Assembly (NCBI GenBank): GCA_963826535.1
Contig: CAWGXL010000001.1
Location: 78,336-142,335, forward strand
DNA length: 64,000 bases
Source of the DNA: an uncultured bacterium
GTDB lineage: Bacteria > Patescibacteriota > Microgenomatia > Levybacterales > UBA12049
Direction of reading: 5' to 3'
The position numbers and the translations under genes were made by a program. Positions 1 through 10,163 of this stretch are shown piece after piece. The notes below the pieces were generated by a model, which was given only the letters and a program-made list of their open reading frames with translations, ran no database searches and was not told where the DNA came from. Numbering within the stretch: position 1 is the first letter of the stretch; every line of letters begins with the position of its first letter.

Positions 1-505
1 ATCCACCCTCGGCTCTCCCTTCTGAATTTCCATGTCCTCTATAGTCTGAACGAAAAACAATATAACCATTACGAGAAAACGCATCTGTATATGCAATATA
101 CCGTTCCGTAGTTACATATTGAGCCGGTGGGATAAATCCGTGATTAAATATTACGACCGGCCAACCCGTTGCCGGTATGTCGCCGCCAGGGACAGTAAGT
201 AGAGCATAAACCTTCAAGCCTTCTGATTTATATGAAGCAATATATCTTTGATAATTAATACCTGACTCTAGCGTCTGTTCAATTACAATATCACTGCCGG
301 GATACTCCGCGTCTCGTAAAGATTGAATGGACAGGGGATGAACCTCTTGTTCAAGTCCGCCTTCATCTTCTTTTTCTATTGTATCTGTCTCTGTTTCCAC
401 AACTCTCGTTATAGAGATATTATTAAAATTATTGAAATACAAAATACTGCCGCCTATTAAAAAAACGGGAACTATTAAAAAAACTGTTAATTTTATTTTA
501 TTCAT
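1..505 (-). CDS. alpha/beta-hydrolase (S9 peptidase / dienelactone hydrolase-like), 3' end beyond window
   Basis: Minus-strand ORF starting at ATG 505..503 (MNKIKLTVFLIVPVFLIGGS... signal/TM) and running off the window edge; the translation contains ...VVIFNHGFIPPAQYVTTERYIAYTDAFSRNGYIVFRSDYRGHGNSEG..., typical of an alpha/beta-hydrolase core. It is absent from the ORF track because no stop lies in the window. Confidence 0.5.
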   Translation of the reverse strand, partial: MNKIKLTVFLIVPVFLIGGSILYFNNFNNISITRVVETETDTIEKEDEGGLEQEVHPLSIQSLRDAEYPGSDIVIEQTLESGINYQRYIASYKSEGLKVYALLTVPGGDIPATGWPVVIFNHGFIPPAQYVTTERYIAYTDAFSRNGYIVFRSDYRGHGNSEGRAEGG

Positions 506-595
506 AATGTAAAGCCTTAAATAGTTGTAAGTAAGATTTTTCAATTAATTATATCCAGAGTAATCTTAAGGAATGCTTAAGAATAAATTTTCAAT

Positions 596-1231
596 TTATT
601 TTGCAGTTATTATAAAATTATAATTAGCAGTTTTGCCTTCTGCTGTATCTTTTACATTTTGTATAAGCAATGAACTGTCATATATATTATCAGTATCGTT
701 CGCCGCGACTCCCGGAATAAAAAGTTGTGAAGTAATTATAGAACTGTTTGTATTTGCCTGAACTTTTAAATGAATATGCGGTGTCCGGCCTGGATATTCA
801 GCCGGAATAACAGTAGTTAATGTGTATTTACCATCTTCGTCAGTATATTGATGTCCGCGAAGCGAATAACCGGAATTATCGTATTCTCCATTCCCGTTTG
901 CCTGCCAAAAATCCAACCACGCATTGGCAATTGGCCTACAACCAGTGTCTAATACATATCCGCTAAGTATTAACTTAGTACCCGGTTCGGTACCGGTATA
1001 CAAATTGATATTTTCCGGAGACCCGGTAGTATAATATGGCCCTTCGGTGAGTTCAATAGTTGGCTGTCCGCTGCATTTTATATTTGCCTCAGGCACCGTT
1101 TGTTGTGTCAACGACTTTTTTTGCATAATTTTTTGGGGATTATTTCTTACTAATGCAATATAAATCCCGAAAGCTAAAAGTATAAATATAAAAATAATAA
1201 TTTTTTTCATAGAAATTGTGCTAAGTTTCAT
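596..1231 (-). CDS. secreted intradiol ring-cleavage dioxygenase-like protein
   Basis: N-terminal signal/TM; motifs GYVLDTGCRPIANAWLDFWQANGNGEY and PGRTPHIHLKV match the Dioxygenase_C fold of protocatechuate/catechol 1,2-dioxygenases. Confidence 0.6.
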   Translation of the reverse strand: MKLSTISMKKIIIFIFILLAFGIYIALVRNNPQKIMQKKSLTQQTVPEANIKCSGQPTIELTEGPYYTTGSPENINLYTGTEPGTKLILSGYVLDTGCRPIANAWLDFWQANGNGEYDNSGYSLRGHQYTDEDGKYTLTTVIPAEYPGRTPHIHLKVQANTNSSIITSQLFIPGVAANDTDNIYDSSLLIQNVKDTAEGKTANYNFIITAK

Positions 1232-1413
1232 GTCGTAATTTAGTTTAAATTTTTCGGCAGATTAATAAAAGTCACCTCTATTATACTAAAAGCAAGTTTA
1301 TATTATAAGGAAAACAAAAATAAAGCTCCCGGCAGTCGGCTGTATTAAACGCGGAGCTAACCGGGAGCTGTATTAATATTTGCTAAAATCTTTTTATTAG
1401 ACTTTTATATATA

Positions 1414-1833
1414 TTATTTACGTCCAGCCTCTGTTGCAGTAACTTTAAAATTACTATCAAACTTCACTGTCACGCGCGTTCCGTCTGACTTTGTCATATG
1501 CGCCTCATATACTGCGCCTTCGGCATCAGTCTCAACCCTGTCAACTGTTCCACCCGGCACTGCAATCAAAGCTGCAGCCTTAGCCTTTTCTGCTGTGTTA
1601 CCAGTCAGCAGCTCTTCCCTTTTTCCATTTGCCCCCACATGACCGCCTTTAGACGTATCAACCTGCCTGTTTGTAACCTTTGGTGTCACTTGGGTTTTGC
1701 TGGTAGTTGGTGTTGGAGTAGTATTCTGCGCATTAATTTGTATTGCGTTTATAGCTACACCGCCTCCTGCACCTATTATTAGTGCGACAGCTACCACACC
1801 TAAAAATCTGTATTTATTTTTCATAATATCCAC
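1414..1833 (-). CDS. PepSY domain protein (signal-anchored)
   Basis: N-terminal TM, Thr/Pro-rich linker and a C-terminal PepSY-like segment ALIAVPGGTVDRVETDAEGAVYEAHMTKSDGTRVTVKFD; classically found next to two-component systems. Confidence 0.6.
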   Translation of the reverse strand: MDIMKNKYRFLGVVAVALIIGAGGGVAINAIQINAQNTTPTPTTSKTQVTPKVTNRQVDTSKGGHVGANGKREELLTGNTAEKAKAAALIAVPGGTVDRVETDAEGAVYEAHMTKSDGTRVTVKFDSNFKVTATEAGRK

Positions 1834-1941
1834 CCCCTTGCCCGCCGCTTAAGCGCTCCCCGATTTAATCGGGGTAAGCTTAGGCGGGCTTTCACTGTAG
1901 TAAGTTTATAAAAAGTTTCTTAATAATCGCTTAAGAGATTT

Positions 1942-2958
1942 TTATGTGTGTTTGAGAGGAAACTGCAAAACAAAAGTTGTTCCATGATTTTTTTCGCTAC
2001 TTACCGAGATCGTGCCGTTATGAGTCTCAATAATTTTCCTAGCAATTGAAAGACCAAGTCCATAACCGTCTGTAAGAGAGCGCGATTTATCCGCACGGTA
2101 AAACCTATCAAAAATATATGGTAAATCTGTATCAGTTATTCCTACACCCTGATCAGTTATGGATACAGTTACCGAGTGAGGCTTAGCCTCTGACTTCACT
2201 GATATTTTAGTTTTTTCAGAACTATACTTAATTGCATTATCAAATAGAATTACAAAAACCTCGATAAGCCTGCTCTTATCGCCTTTGATTTTTATGTCCT
2301 GAACTTTTGTGCTAATCGATATATTTTTCATTTTAGCCAATGACATTACTTTTTTCCGGGCTGCTTCTATTATTTCCTGAAGAGTAATTTCCTCCATATG
2401 TTTTTTGTTATTTGCATTTGGTATATTTGAAAGTTTTAAAAGATTATTGGTTAGAGTCTGCAGTGACCCCAACTCCTCAAGATTGCTATGTATAAGTTTC
2501 CTCGCTTGTTTTTCTGTTATATGTGTCTCCATTAGACTTCCTTCCATCTCGGCACGCATAGTAGCAATTGGAGTCCTCAGTTCATGTGACGAGCTGGTTA
2601 TGAATTGGTTTTGCTCCTCGATCATGAGCTTAATTGGCCTGAGCGTTCTACCTGCTAAGAAATACCCGGCGCTTCCGGCCACAACAAAAATAAAACCATT
2701 AATCAAAATTAAACTATTTAGTATCTGTTTTTTTGAGTCTTCTAGATCTTCTACTGTTGTTAGACTTGAAACATGTGGAGGTTGTGGTTTATTGGGCATA
2801 GGCTTACCTGGATTTCGCTGACGATATTCAATTCTATTTATAATCCATTCTATTTCACGCGTAGACGCGTGATAAAAAGCCACGCTAAAAAAAATGCTGA
2901 TTAGCATTATTATCAAGAGATACCAGGCAGTTAATTTCAGCCGCGCTGATTCAAACAT
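1942..2958 (-). CDS. sensor histidine kinase (TM + HAMP-like + HisKA + HATPase_c)
   Basis: H-box SHELRTPIA, N-box and G-boxes (DQGVGI, GYGLGLSIA). The longest ORF reaches 3033 and overlaps the response regulator; a start at 2958 (MFESARLK...) with a GAGGAG RBS lies 1 nt after the regulator stop and is preferred. Confidence 0.85.
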   Translation of the reverse strand: MFESARLKLTAWYLLIIMLISIFFSVAFYHASTREIEWIINRIEYRQRNPGKPMPNKPQPPHVSSLTTVEDLEDSKKQILNSLILINGFIFVVAGSAGYFLAGRTLRPIKLMIEEQNQFITSSSHELRTPIATMRAEMEGSLMETHITEKQARKLIHSNLEELGSLQTLTNNLLKLSNIPNANNKKHMEEITLQEIIEAARKKVMSLAKMKNISISTKVQDIKIKGDKSRLIEVFVILFDNAIKYSSEKTKISVKSEAKPHSVTVSITDQGVGITDTDLPYIFDRFYRADKSRSLTDGYGLGLSIARKIIETHNGTISVSSEKNHGTTFVLQFPLKHT

Positions 2959-2959
2959 T

Positions 2960-3634
2960 TTACTCCTCATCCTCAATTGTATATCCTTTTCCGCGAACTG
3001 TTTGAATAAGTTTATTAGGAAAAGGTTTATCAATTTTGTCCCGCAAATGTTTTATATGCACCTCCACTACAGTAGGCATTACATCGGTATCATATACCCA
3101 AACATGAGCAACTAATTGCCCTCGGGACACGACAGTATTTTTTTGCCTTATTAAATACTCAAGAATTGCAAATTCTTTGGTGGATAATTTAATAATTTGG
3201 TTGTCTCTTTTTACTTTAAATCTGATAGTATCCAAAATTAGATCGTGTGCGCTAAGTTCTGATTTACTTGTCTGTTTCGGTCTTCTGATCAATGCTCTGA
3301 CTCGCGCAAAAAGTTCTTCAAACGAGAATGGTTTAACCATATAGTCATCCGCGCCGACGTCAAGTCCTGTCACTTTATCTACTATTTGTCCTTTTGCTGT
3401 GAGCATTAGAACCGGCGTATGTATTCCTTCTTCGCGAATCCTTTTACAAATTTCAATTCCGTCAATACCCGGAAGCATAACATCTAAAACAATCAGATCA
3501 AACACCTCACCAATCGCCAAATCAAGTCCGGCGTCACCAGTATTTGCAACATCAACTGCATACATTTTCAGTTCCATTGCCCGTTTTATCGCGTTTGCTA
3601 ATTTTAATTCATCCTCAACTATCAAAATTCTCAT
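2960..3634 (-). CDS. OmpR/PhoB-family response regulator
   Basis: Receiver domain (MRILIVEDE...DLIVLDVMLPGIDG) plus a winged-helix C-terminus (KGYTIEDEE end). Confidence 0.9.
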   Translation of the reverse strand: MRILIVEDELKLANAIKRAMELKMYAVDVANTGDAGLDLAIGEVFDLIVLDVMLPGIDGIEICKRIREEGIHTPVLMLTAKGQIVDKVTGLDVGADDYMVKPFSFEELFARVRALIRRPKQTSKSELSAHDLILDTIRFKVKRDNQIIKLSTKEFAILEYLIRQKNTVVSRGQLVAHVWVYDTDVMPTVVEVHIKHLRDKIDKPFPNKLIQTVRGKGYTIEDEE

Positions 3635-3748
3635 GGATTGTATTCTAACCCCGCTATCTTAAAGTTTGCTTAAGATTCTATTATATACAATATTTCCGTG
3701 ACTAAAACCTCCGTATTGTACCAAATAAATATCCGTAAGGCTTGATAC

Positions 3749-3777
3749 TTGACAAACACAGCAAAAGCATTTAAATT
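3749..3777 (+). promoter_or_regulatory. candidate sigma70 promoter for the first pilin gene
   Basis: TTGACA (3749-3754), 17-nt spacer, TAAATT (3772-3777), about 19 nt upstream of the 3796 start. Confidence 0.4.
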
Positions 3778-3795
3778 TAAGTAGACACAACTTAT

Positions 3796-4371
3796 ATGAC
3801 TGCTTTACTTATCTTAAAATTAAAACAATGTTTTCAGAACTTTGCCCTCAACGGACAAAAAGCCTTTACCCTTATTGAACTTCTGATAGTTATTGCGATT
3901 CTAGGTATTTTGACAACAGCAGTATTGGTCGCGATTAATCCTTTGGAGCAATTTGCCAGAGGACGGGATTCGGGAAGAAAAAATATGGTTGATCAAGTGG
4001 GGCACGCGATTCAGGCATATTACACTGCCCAAAATGCGACCTACCCCCCTGTAACTGCTGCATGGATGACTGCATTGCAAACTACACAAGATATAAAGAC
4101 TCTTCCGGATAATGGTGTTGCAGGAAGTAATCCGGTAACTATATGTACAGCCCCCGGTCAATTGCAAAACAATGTTTGTTATAACGCAAATGCTATTGAT
4201 GCCGTGGTTTACGCAGTACAAGGGTCACGCTCTGAACAGGTAAAAGCAGGCGGCGGTGCAGTGCCATGTGCTACTAACACATTTACTGTCTGGTCATCTG
4301 CCGCAGGAAGATCAGGATTATATTGCGGAGCGACAGGTCCGGCAATTGGCATAACTAACCTCATTTATTAA
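3796..4371 (+). CDS. type IV prepilin-like protein (candidate major pilin)
   Basis: Class III signal/N-methylation region ...GQKAFTLIELLIVIAILGILTTAVL with E at +5; largest of the pilin set and first in the locus. Confidence 0.7.
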   Translation: MTALLILKLKQCFQNFALNGQKAFTLIELLIVIAILGILTTAVLVAINPLEQFARGRDSGRKNMVDQVGHAIQAYYTAQNATYPPVTAAWMTALQTTQDIKTLPDNGVAGSNPVTICTAPGQLQNNVCYNANAIDAVVYAVQGSRSEQVKAGGGAVPCATNTFTVWSSAAGRSGLYCGATGPAIGITNLIY

Positions 4372-4413
4372 TATTCATTTACTTTCAAAACTATTTTCAT
4401 TATCATTATATAA

Positions 4414-5232
4414 ATGCTGGAAATAATTATTTTTTATTGTCTAATATTTATCATCGGGACATTTTTGGGCAGTTTTTTAAATGTCATTATAGATAGGTCG
4501 CCATTTGATAAATCTATTTTGTTTCCTGCGTCGCACTGTCCTCATTGTAAACATAGACTGGGACTCATTGATCTTATACCAATATTTTCATTTCTTTTTT
4601 TACAAAAGCGGTGTCGTTATTGCAAAGCAAGAATAAGTTGGTATTATCCTCTTATTGAAACTACAACCGGTTTTCTTTTTGTACTAACAGCCTATATAGT
4701 TATCGGCTTGTCTGTATCTGTTTTCCTGCAGCAACTCGGACAGCTTTGGTTTATTATCTATCTATTATTAATTATTTCTTTACTGATAGTTGTATTTTTT
4801 ATAGATTTAAAATACGGCATCATCCCTTTTAAGATCGTCGTATTGGGGTTGGGTATTGTGACTGTCCGCTATATTTTTCTTGAGTTTACAACCCCGGGAA
4901 TTTTCCTTAATTTCCTGGTCACCGCAATTTTGGTTTTCTTAACTTTTCTTTTGTTATTTTTAGTAACTCGTGGTCGCGCAATAGGATTTGGAGATGTTGT
5001 TTTCAGTTTACTGATGGGCTATGTTCTTGGCTTTCCCAAGATTGTACTGGCGGTTTATATAGCTTTCTTGACAGGAGCTGGGATTTCTCTCATACTGGTT
5101 TTAGCTAACAAAAAAAAGCTAAAAGGAGGAACAATTCCTTTCGGACCATTTTTGGTTTTCGCGACAATTGTGAGTCTATTTTGGGGACAAACAATAATTA
5201 GCGAGTTGTTGCTCTACCTACATGTTTACTAA
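4414..5232 (+). CDS. pilD: prepilin peptidase (A24 family)
   Basis: N-terminal CxxC...CxxC Zn motif (CPHCKHRL...CRYCKARI), polytopic membrane protein with DLKYGIIP and GFGDV motifs. Confidence 0.85.
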   Translation: MLEIIIFYCLIFIIGTFLGSFLNVIIDRSPFDKSILFPASHCPHCKHRLGLIDLIPIFSFLFLQKRCRYCKARISWYYPLIETTTGFLFVLTAYIVIGLSVSVFLQQLGQLWFIIYLLLIISLLIVVFFIDLKYGIIPFKIVVLGLGIVTVRYIFLEFTTPGIFLNFLVTAILVFLTFLLLFLVTRGRAIGFGDVVFSLLMGYVLGFPKIVLAVYIAFLTGAGISLILVLANKKKLKGGTIPFGPFLVFATIVSLFWGQTIISELLLYLHVY

Positions 5233-5743
5233 ACATAATTTAAGAAAAGAATCTGGACTAACACTGGTCGAGTTACTTTTAGCTATTGGTATTCTATCAG
5301 TCTTAGTTTCAGGAATATTTGTGTTAGTTAATCCACTTCAAAAAATCGGCCAGGCAAATGACGCGAAAAGAAAATCAGATTTAGCTCAAGTTATTCGTGC
5401 TTTAGAAGTTTACTATCAGGATAATTCACAATATCCAGCGTCCACCGGCACTTATACAATCACCGGTACAACTTGGGGAGGGGCATGGTCAACATACATG
5501 CGAAGATTGCCTCAAGACCCAACAGCCGGACACACTTATGTTTATTATACACCTAATTCAGGTGTATGCTCGAATTACCAGTGTTACTATATTTTTGCCA
5601 ACCTGCAAAGAGGAGGCAGTGATCGTCAGGCATGTTTTCCGGGTAGCGGAAATGCCTGCGCAAGCGCAGTAGGCGCCGGATTGAGCAATAGTTGCGGAGC
5701 AACTTGTAATTACGGAGTATCAAGTCCAAACACAACACCATGA
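5222..5743 (+). CDS. type IV pilin-like protein
   Basis: Leader MFTKHNLRKESG followed by LTLVELLLAIGIL (prepilin cleavage/methylation motif). Confidence 0.7.
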   Translation: MFTKHNLRKESGLTLVELLLAIGILSVLVSGIFVLVNPLQKIGQANDAKRKSDLAQVIRALEVYYQDNSQYPASTGTYTITGTTWGGAWSTYMRRLPQDPTAGHTYVYYTPNSGVCSNYQCYYIFANLQRGGSDRQACFPGSGNACASAVGAGLSNSCGATCNYGVSSPNTTP

Positions 5744-6246
5744 CAAAAATTCAATCCCCCAAAAGGGGAACAAATTTCAAATTTCAAATTTCGGCTAAAG
5801 GATTCACGCTTGTAGAATTGTTGGTTGTTATAGCAATCATCGGTATATTGTCGTCTTTAATGGTAGCCAATTATATAGGTATTCAATCCCGCGGAAGAGA
5901 CGCGCAGCGCAAATCGGATATCCGGCAAATTCAATCGGGGTTTGAGCTCTACAGGTCTGAAAGCGGCGCCTATCCGGCGTCAATGCCCGCCTGCGGAGCT
6001 GCGCTTTCGTTTAGCGGCACAACTTACATTCGGAAAATGCCTTGTGATCCTATTAACACCAACCCCCTCGTTTATAGATACCAAAGCGCCTTTAGTAATT
6101 CTGCCTATACCCTTGCAGTCTGCTTGGAAAACATAAACGACAAGCAAAAAGACGCAACAAATAATCCTCCACGGGTAGATGGTGGTGCTTCAATTACCGG
6201 TTGCAACGGAACCGCTAATTGGTCCTATACTTTATTTAGTCCGTAA
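5740..6246 (+). CDS. type IV pilin-like protein
   Basis: ...SAKGFTLVELLVVIAIIGIL prepilin motif; start overlaps the upstream stop by 4 nt. Confidence 0.7.
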   Translation: MTKIQSPKRGTNFKFQISAKGFTLVELLVVIAIIGILSSLMVANYIGIQSRGRDAQRKSDIRQIQSGFELYRSESGAYPASMPACGAALSFSGTTYIRKMPCDPINTNPLVYRYQSAFSNSAYTLAVCLENINDKQKDATNNPPRVDGGASITGCNGTANWSYTLFSP

Positions 6247-6256
6247 TTAGTTAATC

Positions 6257-6721
6257 ATGAAAAAGATTTCGACAAGTAGGGGATTCACGCTTATAGAGAT
6301 TGTCGTAATATGCGCTATTTTCTTTATTGTTACAACAGTCGGCATGGTTTCCTTCACTCAGTTTACCAGTTCACAAACTCTCCAGTCCTCGTCTCAGGAT
6401 ATAATTTCAATTCTAAACACAGCCAGAATAAACGCTGTTACACAGACTATGCCGGGCGCTTGTACTCAACAACTCCAACGCTATAGCGTTAAGTTTATTC
6501 CCCCAATCACTTATGAAATGTGGGCTTATTGCAATGGAACAGGTTCTGTGTTAAAAAATCAGAAATTGCCCGATGGTGTCACCTTTAATACCGGAACAAG
6601 CGCAGAAATTACATTTCTTGTCGCCAGCGGTTTATCCTCAGGTGGTACAATAAATTTGAAAGACGCCAGTTCAACCAGATCTGTTCAAGTTGATACGGCG
6701 GGAAATATATCAGGAACATGA
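6257..6721 (+). CDS. minor pilin / pseudopilin-like protein
   Basis: MKKISTSRGFTLIEIVVICAIFFIV prepilin motif. Confidence 0.6.
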   Translation: MKKISTSRGFTLIEIVVICAIFFIVTTVGMVSFTQFTSSQTLQSSSQDIISILNTARINAVTQTMPGACTQQLQRYSVKFIPPITYEMWAYCNGTGSVLKNQKLPDGVTFNTGTSAEITFLVASGLSSGGTINLKDASSTRSVQVDTAGNISGT

Positions 6722-7161
6722 AAGGACAATCACTTATTGAAGTATTAGTTGGTCTCGGAATTATTTCCGTTGTAGTCACGGCATTAGCAGCTGTTGTTAT
6801 CACCTCAACAGGCAATGCGCAGTTTAGTAAAAATCAAAATCTCGCCACACATTACTCTACTGAGGGTATGGAGATAATGCGAAAGATACGCGACGGTGAT
6901 TATGCAGTATTCCGGAATATTGCCAGTGGCACATATTGCCTGGACAAAGGATCGAGTAATTTAAGCCCAAATTGCAATTTCGGGAATGTTGATAATTTTC
7001 GTCGTCAGGTCACGATTACTCATTCAGGCTGCGCGGCTAATGTAACACGCGTTATAGTCACTGTCGGATGGCAGGATTCTAAATGTGCGTCAGCTAATTT
7101 CTGTCACAAGTCGGAGTTATCGTCGTGTCTATCTGCGGTTAATCCCGTACCTGCTCTATGA
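6718..7161 (+). CDS. minor pilin-like protein (PilV-like)
   Basis: MKGQSLIEVLVGLGIISVVV N-terminal motif; translationally coupled to its neighbours. Confidence 0.55.
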   Translation: MKGQSLIEVLVGLGIISVVVTALAAVVITSTGNAQFSKNQNLATHYSTEGMEIMRKIRDGDYAVFRNIASGTYCLDKGSSNLSPNCNFGNVDNFRRQVTITHSGCAANVTRVIVTVGWQDSKCASANFCHKSELSSCLSAVNPVPAL

Positions 7162-7700
7162 AAAAAAATAAGGGTTTTACACTAATTGAAGTGCTTGTTG
7201 TTATAGGTATTTTTATTGTACTAACGACAGTTGTGCTTTCTGTTCTAATTACGGTTCTTCGTGGATCTAAACAATCCGACTCAATCATATTAGTAAGACA
7301 AAATGGCGAACACGCTATGAATCAGATGGTAAAAACTATGCGTTTTTCAGGAAGTCTTGATTATCCCCGTCCCCTTGGCGGTACTCCGCCAGTTTGCTCA
7401 GGAAGCGGAATTACTACCCAATCTGTACAGGTAACCTCTCTTACCTTAATACAAGATACTTTTAGTTGTCCATCAAATTTTAATTATCCCAATTTCATCG
7501 CCTTAAATGGCACAAGGTTAACAAACAGCAATACCGTTGTTGTAAAGTCCTGCTCATTTGTCTGCACTCAACCCACTGGAGGACCTCCGACAATTGGCAT
7601 TTCCTTTACACTTTCGAAAGTAAATTCAAGCGGCTTAACAGAAGGTAATTCTTCAAGTTCATTCCAAACCTCAGTTACCCTCAGAAATATTAGCGATTAA
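7158..7700 (+). CDS. minor pilin-like protein
   Basis: MKKNKGFTLIEVLVVIGIFIVL prepilin motif. Confidence 0.6.
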   Translation: MKKNKGFTLIEVLVVIGIFIVLTTVVLSVLITVLRGSKQSDSIILVRQNGEHAMNQMVKTMRFSGSLDYPRPLGGTPPVCSGSGITTQSVQVTSLTLIQDTFSCPSNFNYPNFIALNGTRLTNSNTVVVKSCSFVCTQPTGGPPTIGISFTLSKVNSSGLTEGNSSSSFQTSVTLRNISD

Positions 7701-7756
7701 TAAATGCATGTCTGTTGACAGCCTGAGTGTAGGTTGTTACTATAAATATAGTATAC

Positions 7757-8572
7757 ATGAGACATATTCCGTTAAAGGATCCATACCAAAAGGGTCAGGT
7801 TTTACTTATCTCGCTCCTTGTTTTAGTTGTGGCTGTGACAGTCGGTTTGTCCGTGGCAACAAGAAGTATCTCCACCCTCCGTATGACGTCTGCAGAAGAC
7901 AGTTCACAACGTGCATTTTCAGCTGCGGAAGCAGGCATAGAACAGGCTTTGACAGCAACAGTCAATACCACCCTCACGGGAAATTTAACAAACAATTCTG
8001 CCTTCACTACATCAACAAGCGTACTTTCCGGAGATAATTTTCTAGTCAATAATGGAAGTTTTATTCTAAAAGATGATCCTGTAGACGTCTGGTTATCCAG
8101 TTATCCGGATTATATTAGCCCTTGGACAGGTACATTAAGTATTTATTGGGGAAGCTCAGGCGATGCTTGTGTAGACAAACCGGAAACAAGTAACTCCATG
8201 ACTGCTCTCGAGGTTGTACTCATTAGTGGCACCAAAGTCGCGCCCGTAATTAACCATTTTGCGTTTGATCCCTGTGCAACAAGGAGAAACAGTTATAACA
8301 ATTTTAGCCCGGTATTAGCAGGAGGAGTTATCGGCGGGAAAAGTTTTGCTCACAGCGTAAACATACCGGTATCATCAGGCCTGCTGGCCCGCGTAATTCC
8401 ACTTTATGCAGGCACTCGTATTGGGATTGCCGGAACCGATTTACCTCCGCAAGGTACTATAATTAGTTCAGTTGGCAACTCTGGTGGAACACAAAGAAAA
8501 ATAGTAAGTTTCAGAGGATACCCCACTGCACCAATCGAGCTCTATCCGTTTTTAATTTTTGCGCCTAAGTAA
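7757..8572 (+). CDS. PilX-like pilus assembly / tip-associated protein
   Basis: N-terminal TM followed by ...SAEDSSQRAFSAAEAGIEQAL, resembling the PilX N-terminal domain; sits between the pilins and PilM. Confidence 0.5.
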   Translation: MRHIPLKDPYQKGQVLLISLLVLVVAVTVGLSVATRSISTLRMTSAEDSSQRAFSAAEAGIEQALTATVNTTLTGNLTNNSAFTTSTSVLSGDNFLVNNGSFILKDDPVDVWLSSYPDYISPWTGTLSIYWGSSGDACVDKPETSNSMTALEVVLISGTKVAPVINHFAFDPCATRRNSYNNFSPVLAGGVIGGKSFAHSVNIPVSSGLLARVIPLYAGTRIGIAGTDLPPQGTIISSVGNSGGTQRKIVSFRGYPTAPIELYPFLIFAPK

Positions 8573-8590
8573 ACGCCTTAAATTCAGCTT

Positions 8591-9625
8591 ATGAAAAATA
8601 GTACTTTTGGATTGGATATCGGAATTACTTCTATCAAAGTTACTTGGTTGGATTTCGATAAAAAGAGCATAAAATATTTGTCATCACGCTCAGCACCTTC
8701 CCTGCCGAAGGGCATGTCATCAGAATCTCCCTTTGATCATCAGGAAATGGCGGCAGTTATAAATAAATTAGTCATTGACGCCAAAATTAATACAAATAAC
8801 GTTAGCGTTGCGTTACCGGAAAATCGTGTGTTTACAAAAGTTATTGATATGCCTAACCTTTCAGAAAAAGAGTTATCAAGTGCGATTTACTGGGAAGCGG
8901 AACAATATATTCCGGCTCCTCTTGATACAATGACCTTAGATTGGAGTATTTTAAGGAAACCAAAAAACGCTGATCCTGCAATTAAAATGCAAGTATTGCT
9001 TGTTGCGGCCCCCAATCAACTCATCAAGAGATATCGGACTATCCTCGAATTAGCTGGACTCTCAGTTGTTGGAATTGAAACGGAAGTTTTATCTGTTATC
9101 AGAAGCGTAGTAGGTAACGCGCATTTTCCGACCACCCTGATTATGAATATTGGGGCTTTAAGCACCTCGCTTTCAATTGTTCAAAACGGAATTATTATTT
9201 TTACATATCTCATTCCCTTGGGAGGTATCGCGATAACGCGTGCAATTGCAGCGGATTTCGGATTAGCCCTGCCCCAAGCTGAGGAGTATAAAAAAATATA
9301 TGGACTTTCAGATAAAAATTTTGGAGGGAAAATAGGTAACGCAATACGGCCGGTTTTATCTTCAATAATAGGTGAAGTCAAAAAAGCAATTTCATTTTAT
9401 ACTGAAAGATATAAAAACGAATCTCCAATTTCTCAATTGTTGTTAACCGGAGGAAGTGCCTTGCTTCCGGGAATCAATGCATATTTTGTTCAAAATACAG
9501 GGATTGAGACAGTTATCGCAAATCCATGGAAAAATCTCAATATACAAGGTGTTCCTGCGGATTTACAATCTCGGGGACCTGAATTTGCAGTTCCTATTGG
9601 CCTGGCTTTAAAAGAATATGAGTAA
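8591..9625 (+). CDS. pilM: type IV pilus assembly protein PilM (actin-like ATPase fold)
   Basis: FGLDIGITSIKV start, 344 aa, and position immediately upstream of PilN/PilO. Confidence 0.85.
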   Translation: MKNSTFGLDIGITSIKVTWLDFDKKSIKYLSSRSAPSLPKGMSSESPFDHQEMAAVINKLVIDAKINTNNVSVALPENRVFTKVIDMPNLSEKELSSAIYWEAEQYIPAPLDTMTLDWSILRKPKNADPAIKMQVLLVAAPNQLIKRYRTILELAGLSVVGIETEVLSVIRSVVGNAHFPTTLIMNIGALSTSLSIVQNGIIIFTYLIPLGGIAITRAIAADFGLALPQAEEYKKIYGLSDKNFGGKIGNAIRPVLSSIIGEVKKAISFYTERYKNESPISQLLLTGGSALLPGINAYFVQNTGIETVIANPWKNLNIQGVPADLQSRGPEFAVPIGLALKEYE

Positions 9626-10163
9626 TAAAGGTATTAATCTCGTAGTTGATAATCGTAAAAATAAACAATTAGCACCGCTAAAAGGTAAATTAAAAATAAT
9701 GCGCTTAAGCGCAATGGGTTTATTATTTATCGTTGGGGTTTCTTCAGTGATCCTTTCTATCTTAATTGTATTTTCCCCTTTACCTAGATTGCAGGAGGAT
9801 GAACAAAAAGCAAAGACAAACCTTGCCACTTATAAAATAGAAATAAATAAAATTGCTTTTATAAACGATAGGGGAGATGGCATTCGGCAAATACTTAAAA
9901 AGCGCCCGTATTACGACAAAAAATTAGATGTAATTAAAAATAAATTACCCGTGGATGTAACCCTGGATGGGTTAACTATAGAAAATAAAACTTATACCCT
10001 TAGATTTTCAAGCAATAATTTAGCCTCCCTCGACCAATTTATTGATTCTGTTGTTTCTGCAACCGGTGTAGGTAAAGAGTTTTTACGGGTTTATTTGACA
10101 AGTTTATCCGTAGATGAAGATAAGAACAGATTTGTATTGATCGTTGATTTGCTCACTGTATGA
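9618..10163 (+). CDS. pilN: PilN-like bitopic pilus assembly protein
   Basis: Short cytoplasmic N-terminus, single TM (LLFIVGVSSVILSILIVF), periplasmic domain; overlaps the pilM stop. Confidence 0.65.
   Translation: MSNKGINLVVDNRKNKQLAPLKGKLKIMRLSAMGLLFIVGVSSVILSILIVFSPLPRLQEDEQKAKTNLATYKIEINKIAFINDRGDGIRQILKKRPYYDKKLDVIKNKLPVDVTLDGLTIENKTYTLRFSSNNLASLDQFIDSVVSATGVGKEFLRVYLTSLSVDEDKNRFVLIVDLLTV

Noticed and set aside
2405-2821. 138-aa plus-strand ORF inside the histidine kinase gene (also 2894-3115, 3399-3662, 3901-4221, 12437-12652, 12951-13163 and similar)
   Set aside because: Antisense to long, motif-rich genes; Ser/Leu/Cys-rich translations typical of spurious shadow ORFs.
7708-8037. 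109-aa ORF overlapping the start of the PilX-like gene in another frame
   Set aside because: The 271-aa frame carries the TM plus PilX-like N-domain and is translationally positioned in the operon; the alternative frame has no features.
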